From the NCBI GenBank assembly GCA_022840285.1, contig JALHIE010000027.1:13080-77079 (forward strand): a DNA stretch of 64,000 nt, given 5' to 3'. The translations under genes and the position numbers were made by a program. The DNA comes from Porphyromonadaceae bacterium. Lineage in GTDB: Bacteria > Bacteroidota > Bacteroidia > Bacteroidales > Dysgonomonadaceae. Positions 10,912-19,806 of the stretch are shown one piece after another. How positions within the stretch are numbered: the first letter of the stretch is position 1; each line of letters begins with the position of its first letter. The notes beneath the pieces were generated by a model. It worked only from the letters and a program-made list of their open reading frames with translations, made no database searches and had not been told where the DNA came from.

Positions 10912-11805
10912 ATGAAAAAGATTTCAAATTTATTTGCAGTAGTTTTATTGGGTAGCCTGTTCCTCTTGTCGGGTTGCAACCAAGGACAGAAAAAAGAAGC
11001 AGCGGAAGTGAAGGTTAAAAAAGATATTTATCTTCAGCTCTATTCCCTTCGCGATGACATAAAGGCCGATTATGCAGCAACAATTGCAAAAACAGCTGAA
11101 ATAGGCTATACCGGAGTAGAAGCGGCAGGGTATAACGACGGAAAGTTCTACGGAATGGCTCCCGCCGATTTCAAAAAATCGATCGAAGATGCCGGCCTGG
11201 AAGTTCTCTCTTCACACGCCGGACGTCCGTTGGCTGAAAACACAAAAGATACCAACTGGGACGAAATCTGGAAATGGTGGGATACCGCCATTCAGGCTCA
11301 CAAGGATGCAGGCATGAAGTATTTGGTGGTTGCCTGGATCCCTACACCAAAAACGTTAGCTGATCTTCAGGCATACTGCGATTACTTTAACCAGGTCGGA
11401 GAAAAATGTAACGCCGCAGGAATCCGTTTTGGATACCATAACCACAATTTCGAATTCAAAGAAATTGAAGGGGAAGTGATGTACGACTATATGTTAAAAA
11501 ATACCGACCCCGCCAAGGTGTTCTTCCAGATGGACGTGTACTGGGTAGGAGAAGGCGGTAAAGATCCGGTCGAATATTTCAACAACTATCCGGGCAGGTT
11601 TGAAGTGCTTCATATCAAAGACGAAACCGAGCTGGGTAGAAGTGGAAAAGTGAATTTTGAAAATATTTTCAACAACGTTGATAAATCAGGTGCAAAATAC
11701 ATGGTTGTCGAGGTTGAAAGATATACCGGCACACCGGTGGAAGGTGTAAAAGAAAGTTATGATTACTTGGCGAACGCTGCTTTCGTGAAAGATAGCTATA
11801 AATAA
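10912..11805 (+). CDS. Sugar phosphate isomerase/epimerase TIM-barrel lipoprotein, BT2156-like
   Basis: Lipobox LSGC; LQLYSLR, GYHNHNFEF, QMDVYW, LHIKD, VVEVE. Confidence 0.9.
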   Translation: MKKISNLFAVVLLGSLFLLSGCNQGQKKEAAEVKVKKDIYLQLYSLRDDIKADYAATIAKTAEIGYTGVEAAGYNDGKFYGMAPADFKKSIEDAGLEVLSSHAGRPLAENTKDTNWDEIWKWWDTAIQAHKDAGMKYLVVAWIPTPKTLADLQAYCDYFNQVGEKCNAAGIRFGYHNHNFEFKEIEGEVMYDYMLKNTDPAKVFFQMDVYWVGEGGKDPVEYFNNYPGRFEVLHIKDETELGRSGKVNFENIFNNVDKSGAKYMVVEVERYTGTPVEGVKESYDYLANAAFVKDSYK

Positions 11806-11808
11806 TTC

Positions 11809-11838
11809 AAAAAAACCCGGCATTTGCCGGGTTTTTTT
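11809..11838. terminator. Bidirectional intrinsic terminator
   Basis: AAAAAAACCCGG-CATTTG-CCGGGTTTTTTT between convergent genes. Confidence 0.85.
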
Positions 11839-11844
11839 ATTCAA

Positions 11845-13008
11845 CTACCCCTCTCTATATTCTCCGGGAGTTACTTTTTCTTTTGCCTTGAATACCCTGT
11901 AAAACGCGCTTAAACTGGAGAATCCAGACATTTCGGCAATCTGTAACATCGACAATCCGTTGTACTCCGGGTTCTTCATTATCTCCTTTACATGCTCGAT
12001 GCGAAATCCATTCACCCAATCGCAAAAGTTCGTCTGCATCTCTTCGTTTACGATCCGCGAGATGTAGGTTCGGTTGGTTCCTGCCATCAAGGCAATATCG
12101 GTTATTCGCAGATCGGGATTCTTATACAACTCGTTTTTTTTCACTAAATCCAGAAGTTGCTGCCGGGTAATTTTGTCGCTCAACGCAGGCTGATTCCTCT
12201 CCGTGGATTTACCCTTTCTTTTTCGGTAATCTTTCACATCACTGTTGAAATTGGCCACCGTAAAGTTCTGGCGATACCCAACGTAACCGATAAAAAACAA
12301 GAAAAGCGAATGGGTGAGAGCGGGAAAAGCTATCAAATAGCCTTTATTGATGAAGAAATCCTTCCCAACTACACTGGAGACGACCGAGACAACCGAGGCA
12401 AACAGGAAAGCGAAAAGAAGCCACTTTACGGAACTGAGGTCCTTGCCTCCCGTGTTGGAGTAAAACTCTTTCACCTCTCTGTTGTACCGGACGATAAGCC
12501 GATACCCGAACCACACCGATAAGACTACCTGTATCAAGAAAAATGCCTTAAACAGGGTTGTGCGAAGCACCTGCAGCCGGACCAGTTGCGGATAGGACTC
12601 GGTGTAGGCCTGTTCGTGGTACATGACTCCGCGGATAAATAAATCCAGCTCTTCGGGTGACATGGCGAAGTAGATGATGAACGAAAAAAACGATAAGGTC
12701 AATGCAGGCAGTAAAATCCAACTCCACCGCCAGTCGATCCGGATATCGCGCGTAAGAAGCCGGATGTAATAATAATAAAGCGGGTATGAGGAGAGGGATG
12801 TGAAGACCCAGATGTTGTCCATGAAAGCAAACAGGTCGTATTGACGGTTAAAAAACGCGGCGTGCACAAAATAATTGATTGCCGATAACGTCAGGAAAAA
12901 AGCCAGGTATTTTTTGGGCAAATTGTGGTCGCTGTCACACAGTAGGAGTATCACCCAAAACAGGCATACGAACATGGGCATGACCGAGAGGATAAGATGG
13001 AACAACAT
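11845..13008 (-). CDS. Membrane-anchored AraC-family transcriptional regulator
   Basis: Multi-TM N-terminus; C-terminal AraC HTH (LYKNPDLRI, GTNRTYISR, IAEMSGFSSLSAFYRVFK). Confidence 0.9.
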   Translation of the reverse strand: MLFHLILSVMPMFVCLFWVILLLCDSDHNLPKKYLAFFLTLSAINYFVHAAFFNRQYDLFAFMDNIWVFTSLSSYPLYYYYIRLLTRDIRIDWRWSWILLPALTLSFFSFIIYFAMSPEELDLFIRGVMYHEQAYTESYPQLVRLQVLRTTLFKAFFLIQVVLSVWFGYRLIVRYNREVKEFYSNTGGKDLSSVKWLLFAFLFASVVSVVSSVVGKDFFINKGYLIAFPALTHSLFLFFIGYVGYRQNFTVANFNSDVKDYRKRKGKSTERNQPALSDKITRQQLLDLVKKNELYKNPDLRITDIALMAGTNRTYISRIVNEEMQTNFCDWVNGFRIEHVKEIMKNPEYNGLSMLQIAEMSGFSSLSAFYRVFKAKEKVTPGEYREG

Positions 13009-13182
13009 ACGGGGCAGTTTTTTTGCAAAAATAAGTATTTTTTATGAATTAGGAATAAATTTTTACGAATCAGGAACACAAACGTATTTTTAAGCAAAAA
13101 AGGTAAAAAATATTGCGGTAATTTTACCGGCGAATAAATAAAAATCATTAACACTACCGCATTTTAATGCATCATTTTCATT

Positions 13183-13875
13183 ATGAAAAATTTAAAAGCG
13201 TTTTCTAAATTGTTTATCTCTTTACTATGTGGAATTTTTTTACTGTCTGCTTGCGAAAAAGAAGGAGGTAGCTCAAGTACAGAATTGGGGGGAGATACAA
13301 ACTTGACTAAAAATCAAGTGGGAAATACTTCAACCGGAACAATAAAACTGGGCGGAACAGCTTCAAGCATCAATTCACAGGTGAAGGTTGTCGAAAACAA
13401 CAACGGTTTAATCGCTGTTGAATTTTCATTCCCCATCTCCTCAAGTTTTAGCAGCACCGTTGATAACATAGGAAATGCTCTGTACGGAGAAGATTTTATT
13501 AATTACAAGTCGTCATTTATCGACTCCAACGGAAATTTCAAAGGGAAATTCAAATTTAAAAACAGTTCAGAAGGTGTTGCGATAGTAAATGCATCCGGCA
13601 AACAGGCTGTTGTCATGAAATATGACGTGAACGTCGGTGATAAATGGACATATACGAAAAAGAACGGGAAGACGGCCAATTTTAAAGTTACGAAAAAATC
13701 GACCACCGATGATTACGATTACGGATCCCTCAAAATTAAAACCGTACAGGTGGAAAGAACTTCCAGCGAACCGGGCATAACCAAAATCACCTATATCGGA
13801 AACCATAAATTCGGATTGATTGGGGTGGAAATACACCTTGAAGATGGAAGTGTCTTAAAATATACCATCAACTAA
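13183..13875 (+). CDS. Hypothetical beta-rich lipoprotein
   Basis: Lipobox LSAC followed by EKE; MKYDVNVGDKWTY motif. Confidence 0.7.
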   Translation: MKNLKAFSKLFISLLCGIFLLSACEKEGGSSSTELGGDTNLTKNQVGNTSTGTIKLGGTASSINSQVKVVENNNGLIAVEFSFPISSSFSSTVDNIGNALYGEDFINYKSSFIDSNGNFKGKFKFKNSSEGVAIVNASGKQAVVMKYDVNVGDKWTYTKKNGKTANFKVTKKSTTDDYDYGSLKIKTVQVERTSSEPGITKITYIGNHKFGLIGVEIHLEDGSVLKYTIN

Positions 13876-13888
13876 TATCAAAGAAAAG

Positions 13889-14302
13889 GTGGATAGTAAG
13901 AATATATTTCTAACGGCAACGGGATCGATTTTTATTGCTGTCGGCTTGCTGGGATTATACTTCTTTGTCTTTAAAGGCATAAAGCCTGACTGGTTACAGT
14001 TGAATGTTTTCACTGTTTACTCAAAATATTTAGAAACAAAAACATTTACTGTTATTCAAAACAACCAGGGAGACGAGTTAGCTGTCACGAGCTACTGCAC
14101 GGGGTGGCTCTTGATTATCCTCAGACACAAGCCATCTTTTCCGAGCAGACAGTCGTTGGTCATCCTTTTTTTTATTGCCGGATATTTATTTTTGCATGGA
14201 TTGGCCGTAATCTATTTTATGCTTTCGTTGCTTTTTATGCTGCCTCTATTCTTTCTTATACATATAAAACATGAATCCTTTCTTTCAAAACATAAGGGAT
14301 AA
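13889..14302 (+). CDS. Small hypothetical membrane protein
   Basis: 3-4 hydrophobic segments; lies in an operon with overlapping neighbours. Confidence 0.6.
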   Translation: MDSKNIFLTATGSIFIAVGLLGLYFFVFKGIKPDWLQLNVFTVYSKYLETKTFTVIQNNQGDELAVTSYCTGWLLIILRHKPSFPSRQSLVILFFIAGYLFLHGLAVIYFMLSLLFMLPLFFLIHIKHESFLSKHKG

Positions 14303-15032
14303 CACAGAATGGTTGTACGGCGTCATCTTTGAATACAACTGGTTCTATTATGACTTCTGGTCGTTTGTTCATCTCTGGAGCGGAGCCATCATTTTCGCGG
14401 TTTTATCGGCTTGCAACGTCAAGAAAAGATGGTTAAAACTGCTCTTGATCTTGGGCGTTTTTGAAGTAGTGGAAACCCTGTTTTTTATCGCAATACTGAA
14501 CTTGTTCAAGCCGGAGAAAGCCGTCGATGTAGTAAACGATATTGTGATTGGAATGCTTGGAGGAGCACTTATGTACGCTTTCTTCAGATGGAATGACACC
14601 GGAAGGTACACAAGGTTTCTCGCGTTATTTATTTCAGCAGTAACCGTTGCTTTTATTTGGGTAGGCTGGTATGGATATAACTATACTATACCTTTTTTTA
14701 ATTCTCCTTACGTGAATTGGTGGGCGCTAAGCTGCTGGACGATATCGGGGGGGACGGTCATCTTATTGTTCAGTAATTTCAAAGCTAAAGGAAGTACTTT
14801 CTTTGCAATCACTTTTCCTTGGCTGATTTACCTTGTTCTGCTTTTTGCGGTAGAGTACGCAGCTTACCATCTGTTGTCGTTCAGAGAAATTACACAAGGG
14901 TCAACGCCATTGATTTTTGATATTGTACACGGGAGCAAGATCATGCATGTTTTTTATGTTACCGCCCCCCTGTTCTTTATAGGATTGTTTGTTTTACTTG
15001 ACGCATTATTAAAGAAGTATGAACAGCCGTAA
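14271..15032 (+). CDS. Multi-pass membrane protein with metal-hydrolase-like intramembrane His/Glu/Asp residues
   Basis: DFWSFVHLWSG ... VFEVVE ... DVVNDIVIG pattern; about 7 TM segments. Confidence 0.55.
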   Translation: MNPFFQNIRDNTEWLYGVIFEYNWFYYDFWSFVHLWSGAIIFAVLSACNVKKRWLKLLLILGVFEVVETLFFIAILNLFKPEKAVDVVNDIVIGMLGGALMYAFFRWNDTGRYTRFLALFISAVTVAFIWVGWYGYNYTIPFFNSPYVNWWALSCWTISGGTVILLFSNFKAKGSTFFAITFPWLIYLVLLFAVEYAAYHLLSFREITQGSTPLIFDIVHGSKIMHVFYVTAPLFFIGLFVLLDALLKKYEQP

Positions 15033-15672
15033 AATAAAGGGAACAATTAACAGGTTCTTGTATGCTTTAGGGGCAATTGTATTGTTTTACCTCTTGTTGT
15101 ATAGTATTGACAGGATATATGGTCGTCATTACAGCCGGACTAATTCGTCCGGAACAATTACCGTTGAACGTGGTGATATCATTTACAAAGTAACCTCTTT
15201 TATGTTGGCAGGCAGCAACTACCCGCATTACGGATCTTTCCCCGGCCACTTGGGTATCTTCTTAAGCGATACCACAATCGCTGTTAAAAACAGCGATTTT
15301 AAAAAATTGTTGGTTGCGGAGTCATCTTTGTTCAATATAAAAGAGAAAAAGGTGATGCCTGTTCTCCGGATTAATCCGGCAGAAAACAATTACGGTTATG
15401 CGGGAGGGAGGTTGCTGCTCGTCAAAACACACCTGAATGATAGTCAGAAGGAAAAACTGCAACGGTATGTTGAATTAAACAGCGGAAAACCCTATCAACT
15501 GTTTGCCAAAAAAAATGATTCGATCAGTTTTAACTGCGCCACTTTTGTGTGGAATGCCTTTAACAGTGCCGTAAATATTGATGTGGATGCCAACGGAGGG
15601 AAGACGGTATTGCCAGCCGATATATTGAGTTATTTTATGAAAAAGGAAGATGCTGAGATTATAAGGTTTTAG
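15019..15672 (+). CDS. Permuted papain-like (YiiX/YebB, NlpC/P60 superfamily) amidase
   Basis: GDII ... GHLGI (His first) ... GKPY ... FNCATFVWNAF (Cys last) permuted order. Confidence 0.75.
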   Translation: MNSRKIKGTINRFLYALGAIVLFYLLLYSIDRIYGRHYSRTNSSGTITVERGDIIYKVTSFMLAGSNYPHYGSFPGHLGIFLSDTTIAVKNSDFKKLLVAESSLFNIKEKKVMPVLRINPAENNYGYAGGRLLLVKTHLNDSQKEKLQRYVELNSGKPYQLFAKKNDSISFNCATFVWNAFNSAVNIDVDANGGKTVLPADILSYFMKKEDAEIIRF

Positions 15673-15757
15673 CACCCCTCGCTCTACGTGCTAGATGGAT
15701 AGTCTTTCTTACTTTTTCTGGAACGGAGATACTAAAAAAACAAACATTTTTAAAACA

Positions 15758-15907
15758 ATGAGAACAGAACAAACACCAACGGAGAAAGCTGCTGAACTTT
15801 ACACAGCACCTCAAATTGAGGTTGTCGACATCGAACTGGTACAAAACATCATGGAAAGCACCGGTACGTTGCCGGGGGATGGTATCATACCGGGAGGCGA
15901 CTGGTAA
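15758..15907 (+). CDS. 49-aa peptide with YxAPxIEVxxIE motif upstream of fimbrillin-like genes
   Basis: ATG preceded by an A-rich Bacteroidetes-type initiation region (TAAAACA); MRTEQTPTEKAAELYTAPQIEVVDIELVQNIMESTGTLPGDGIIPGGDW. Confidence 0.65.
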   Translation: MRTEQTPTEKAAELYTAPQIEVVDIELVQNIMESTGTLPGDGIIPGGDW

Positions 15908-15946
15908 GTACATCTTTTACAAATTACACTTTACAAATTTTAAATT

Positions 15947-16499
15947 ATGAAAAATAAATGTTTACTGTGGGCAGCGTCGGCCCTCTTTGTAATTGCCGGG
16001 TGCACCAACGATGTGATTGTGGACGAAAAAGATGTCACGACGAAAGGGCGTAAAATTACGCTGACGGCATCCATGCCCGACGAGGCATCAACTACCCGTC
16101 TCGGCTTAGAACAGGAAACGGGTACCAAAAACATCACTGTCATTCAAGCAAGGTGCAACGCTCGTGACCGGGTCATCCGTAACGCTGGCTGCGGAAGACA
16201 TTACCATGGAGGGTAAGAAAGCTGCCTTTTCCCTCGAAGTTCCCACGGAGATCGATGAGCGGTCCGCCTTTACGGTCTACACGCTTCACGGGGCGGAAGC
16301 TTCCGTCAGCGGAGGGAAGATAAACGCAAATGTTTCCCCGGTAGGGTTCAAGCCCATAAGCGAGTTGACCGAATCGGAAGTGACGGTGAAGTCAGGCACC
16401 CGGGTTGCAGCGGTGAATATCGGCCCTGAATTCTTTTCGGTCTATACCGATAACGCCGACTCAAAGATCAAAATCCGGAAAATCATAGTACCCCAATAA
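15947..16499 (+). pseudogene. Fimbrillin-like lipoprotein, frameshifted at ~16141 and internally deleted at ~16370
   Basis: Lipobox IAGC; ITLTASMPDE...TRL N-terminus homologous to 16637..18253; two frames must be joined; the C-terminal 42 aa match 18371-18499. Confidence 0.7.
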
Positions 16500-16532
16500 A
16501 AGTAAAAATCCCCGGCCACATTGGCCGGGGAT
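16370..16532 (+). repeat. ~163-bp direct repeat, copy A (gene 3' end plus terminator)
   Basis: Aligns gap-free to 18370-18532; 19 mismatches over 162 bp by hand count; period is exactly 2000 bp. Confidence 0.9.
16504..16532 (+). terminator. Intrinsic terminator-like hairpin
   Basis: ATCCCCGGCCA-CAT-TGGCCGGGGAT. Confidence 0.7.
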
Positions 16533-16636
16533 ACTACTGACTTTCCGGAAAATGTCTTAAAAATTGTGTTTTATTTACAATTTGAGAATAATTTTTACGG
16601 TATGGGAAGTTTTTAATTATTACCAATTAATAGACC

Positions 16637-18253
16637 ATGAGAACAATCAATTTCACTATTGCCCTCTTGCTGATGCTTTGGGTAACTGCCTGCAGCAATC
16701 AAGAGATCGTTGAAGAAGATCCGATGGAAACGGCGCACGCCCGTACCCTCAAGTTGAACGCTTCGATGCCGGATGAGGAGAAAAAGAGCGGCACGTCATC
16801 CACCCGTCTCACTTTCACGGAGACCGATGAGGGAGCCATTTCTGTAAGCTGGAAAGCGGGAGACAAGATCCATCTTTGCTTTGTCAGTGAAAATGGAAGC
16901 ATCGTAAGGACAGTCCCAGATGTGGCTGTGACCAATATCTCCGCGGATGGGAAGAGGGCCGATTTTGAAGTGGTGATTCCCGAAGAGATCACCGGCACCT
17001 TCCATCTCTATGGTATCTATGGGGCATCCTTCTCACCGGCAAACAGCAAGACGGTGCTATTCCCGGCTCCGGCAGGAACCACTTCCGGAACTTTGCTGGG
17101 CGACACCGAGCCGATCAACGTGATGCGGTTCGCGGCGGAGAACCTGACGGAGGCATCTTCTCCGCAGGTATCTTTCAGCCACATAGGCTCCATCTTTTCC
17201 GTTTGGATCTACAACGATACACCATCCCCTGTGAGCGTGGGGCAAATTACCCTCTCCAGCGCCGGAAAGGGTTATAACTGGCTGCGGAACAGCACCGGAA
17301 ATGCCACATTCGATATTGCCGACAACAGCTTTATCAATACCAATGCCGGTACCGAGCTGGTCTATTCTCCTCCTGCAGGAACCACTATCGCCGCAGGGGA
17401 GTCGCTCAAGCTCTATCGCTGGGTGGTGCCGGGCGATGAGGTTGACCCTTCCGACACCTCCAAATTGATGGATATCAAAGATATCAACGGTTCATTATTT
17501 ACCGAGACAATTTTTGCCAGGGCCATGCAACTCGGGAAGTACTACCGCCTCAAAATGGTGTATGACGGCAGCCGGTTCAGGTATATCAAGATCCCGACCG
17601 ACAGCGGGCTGACAGGGTACTGGTCCTTCGACGGCAATGCGAACGATATGGTAGGTACAAACAACGGAACCGTATACGGGAACGTGACACTCACCACCGA
17701 TCGGAAAGGCAACAGCAACCGTGCTTACCAATTCAACGGCGGCAGCGGTGACTATATCAAGTGCTCCTCTCCCGGGATCACCGGCACCGCCGCACGTACC
17801 TTCTCCTTCTGGGCTAAAGCGGATGCCTTATCTGCTTCAGAACAGGCCATTCTGAGCTACGGTGGTCCAACAACGGATTATGGAGGCCGTTTTGAAATAA
17901 GTCTCGTGAACGGCGAGCTGATATGTGATATCTCATGGTCGAACTTGGGAAAGAAATCGACTGCGATCACTCCAGCCGTGTGGAATTTTTATACGGTTGT
18001 ATTCATCGGTGGAGAAGGCCAGACACTCACTACAGGTGTGCGCTATTATGTGAATGGCACGTTAATCACCGATGTTGGTAAGATAACAAGGAATGATGTT
18101 ATCAATACACGAAGCGATAATCCAATCTTTTTCGGCTCTCTTTATGGAACAGGTCGTCCTTTTAATGGGGTTATCGACGAGGTGAGGATGTACGACAGGG
18201 CGTTGACCGGATCGGAAGTGAAAGGTCTCTATTACATGGATCGCCAGTTCTGA
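16637..18253 (+). CDS. Fimbrillin-like lipoprotein with C-terminal LamG/ConA-like lectin domain
   Basis: Lipobox VTAC; TRL processing-like motif, SWKAGDKIHL; LamG motifs GYWSFDGNAND, TFSFWAK, FNGVIDEVRMYDRALT. Confidence 0.8.
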   Translation: MRTINFTIALLLMLWVTACSNQEIVEEDPMETAHARTLKLNASMPDEEKKSGTSSTRLTFTETDEGAISVSWKAGDKIHLCFVSENGSIVRTVPDVAVTNISADGKRADFEVVIPEEITGTFHLYGIYGASFSPANSKTVLFPAPAGTTSGTLLGDTEPINVMRFAAENLTEASSPQVSFSHIGSIFSVWIYNDTPSPVSVGQITLSSAGKGYNWLRNSTGNATFDIADNSFINTNAGTELVYSPPAGTTIAAGESLKLYRWVVPGDEVDPSDTSKLMDIKDINGSLFTETIFARAMQLGKYYRLKMVYDGSRFRYIKIPTDSGLTGYWSFDGNANDMVGTNNGTVYGNVTLTTDRKGNSNRAYQFNGGSGDYIKCSSPGITGTAARTFSFWAKADALSASEQAILSYGGPTTDYGGRFEISLVNGELICDISWSNLGKKSTAITPAVWNFYTVVFIGGEGQTLTTGVRYYVNGTLITDVGKITRNDVINTRSDNPIFFGSLYGTGRPFNGVIDEVRMYDRALTGSEVKGLYYMDRQF

Positions 18254-18256
18254 TAA

Positions 18257-18499
18257 AAAGGGTATGTTGGCTATGAGTGTGCCTCGCTTGTTGCATTGCC
18301 GGGTATACGGGTAATATGTGGAGTCAGTGGTGCAAACCTGTTCACTAAGTACAACACAGTGGAAAATATCGAATCGGAAGTGACGGTGAAAGCAGGCACC
18401 CAGGTTGCGGCGGTGAATATCGGCACGGATTTCTTTTCGGTGTATACCGATAACGCCGACTCAAAGATCAAAATCCGAAAAATAACAATACCCTTGTAA
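18257..18499 (+). pseudogene. Orphan C-terminal fragment of a paralog of the 15947 gene
   Basis: Open frame begins directly after a stop codon and has no convincing start; ends ESEVTVKAGTQVAAVNIG...KIKIRKITIPL. Confidence 0.65.
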
Positions 18500-18532
18500 A
18501 AGTAAAAATCCCCGGCCAGTGTAGCCGGGGAT
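18370..18532 (+). repeat. ~163-bp direct repeat, copy B
   Basis: See copy A at 16370-16532. Confidence 0.9.
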
Positions 18533-18536
18533 TTTT
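18504..18536. terminator. Bidirectional terminator between the lipoprotein locus and fba
   Basis: AAAAATCCCCGGC ... GCCGGGGATTTTT. Confidence 0.8.
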
Positions 18537-18562
18537 GTATCGTTCAGAAACCGTAAAGTGGA

Positions 18563-19536
18563 TTACGCTTTGCCTGCGCTGCCGAGTACTTTCTCGGTTT
18601 TGTGCATATAGAGTTTCTTCAACGATTCGCGAGCCGGGCCCACTCAGCGGGCTGGTTGGCGAACACTTCACGAACGGCAGCTGTCATAGCCAGGCGTCCG
18701 TCGGAGTCGATGTTGATTTTACATACAGCCGATTTGGCAGCTTCGCGCAGCCACTCTTCGGGAATGCCGATCGAGTCTTTCAGCTTGCCGCCGTATTGGT
18801 TGATGATATCCACGTATTCCTGCGGAACCGAAGAAGAACCGTGCAGAACGATGGGGAACCCGGGTATGCGTTCTTCGATCTCTTTCAAAATGTCGAAACG
18901 CAGCATGGGAGGAACCAACTTGCCGTTCTCGTCGCGTGTACACTGGTCGGGCGTAAATTTAAACGCTCCGTGCGATGTTCCGATGGAGATAGCCAGAGAA
19001 TCAACTCCGGTGCGGGTGACAAAATCAACCACTTCATCCGGTTCGGTGTACGTGTGGTGTTCGGCCTGAACATCGTCTTCGATACCGGCCAAAACGCCCA
19101 GTTCACCTTCAACCGTCACGTCGAATTGGTGCGCATAGTCCACCACTTTCTTGGTCAACGCGATGTTTTCTTCGTACGGAAGGTGCGAACCATCAATCAT
19201 AACCGAAGAGAAACCGCTTTCGATACAATCCTTGCACAATTCAAAGCTGTCACCGTGGTCCAGGTGAAGGACAATGGGTATCTCATATCCCAGTTCCTTT
19301 GCATACTGAACGGCGCCTTGAGCCATATAACGCAGCAGGGTCTGATTGGCATACTTACGCGCACCGCTGGAAACCTGCAAAATTACGGGCGACTTTGTTG
19401 CCACGCAAGCAGAAACAATTGCCTGCAACTGTTCCATGTTGTTAAAATTGAAAGCAGGAATAGCATAGCCTCCCTCAATCGCTTTTTTAAACAATTCTTT
19501 TGAGTTTACCAAACCCAACTCTTTGTAACTTACCAT
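18563..19536 (-). CDS. fba: Class II fructose-1,6-bisphosphate aldolase; frameshift near 18642 in this sequence
   Basis: LHLDHG, VMIDGS, SIGTSHGA, VLHGSS, KINIDSDGR; the true C-terminus GPARESLKKLYMHKTEKVLGSAGKA* lies in another frame ending at 18563, with the FDPRKY segment missing. Confidence 0.92.
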
Positions 19537-19806
19537 ATTCTTGTTATTTAAAAAATTAATGAATTACGTTCCCAAAACAAGGTACAAAAATAACATTTAT
19601 TCTGCACAAACGGAAATTTTTTCTCCTAAGAGAATGTAAAAGAGTTGAGTTTATTAGAGATGGAGTCTCATATTTTTGTTAAAACTGTCGTTATGTCATT
19701 TTTTTCTCCTATTTTTGTGATTAATTTTTGAGTGGCCTTTACAAAGAGAAACATCCAAAAAGTTAGTTTTCTAATATTATTTTGAACAATAAATTACAAA
19801 TCAATT

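Noticed and set aside
15758-15907. Lasso peptide gene cluster
   Set aside because: No lasso cyclase, B1/B2 peptidase or ABC exporter nearby.
16370-18532. DGR template/variable repeat pair
   Set aside because: Mismatches are not adenine-specific, the repeat includes a terminator, and no reverse transcriptase is in the window.
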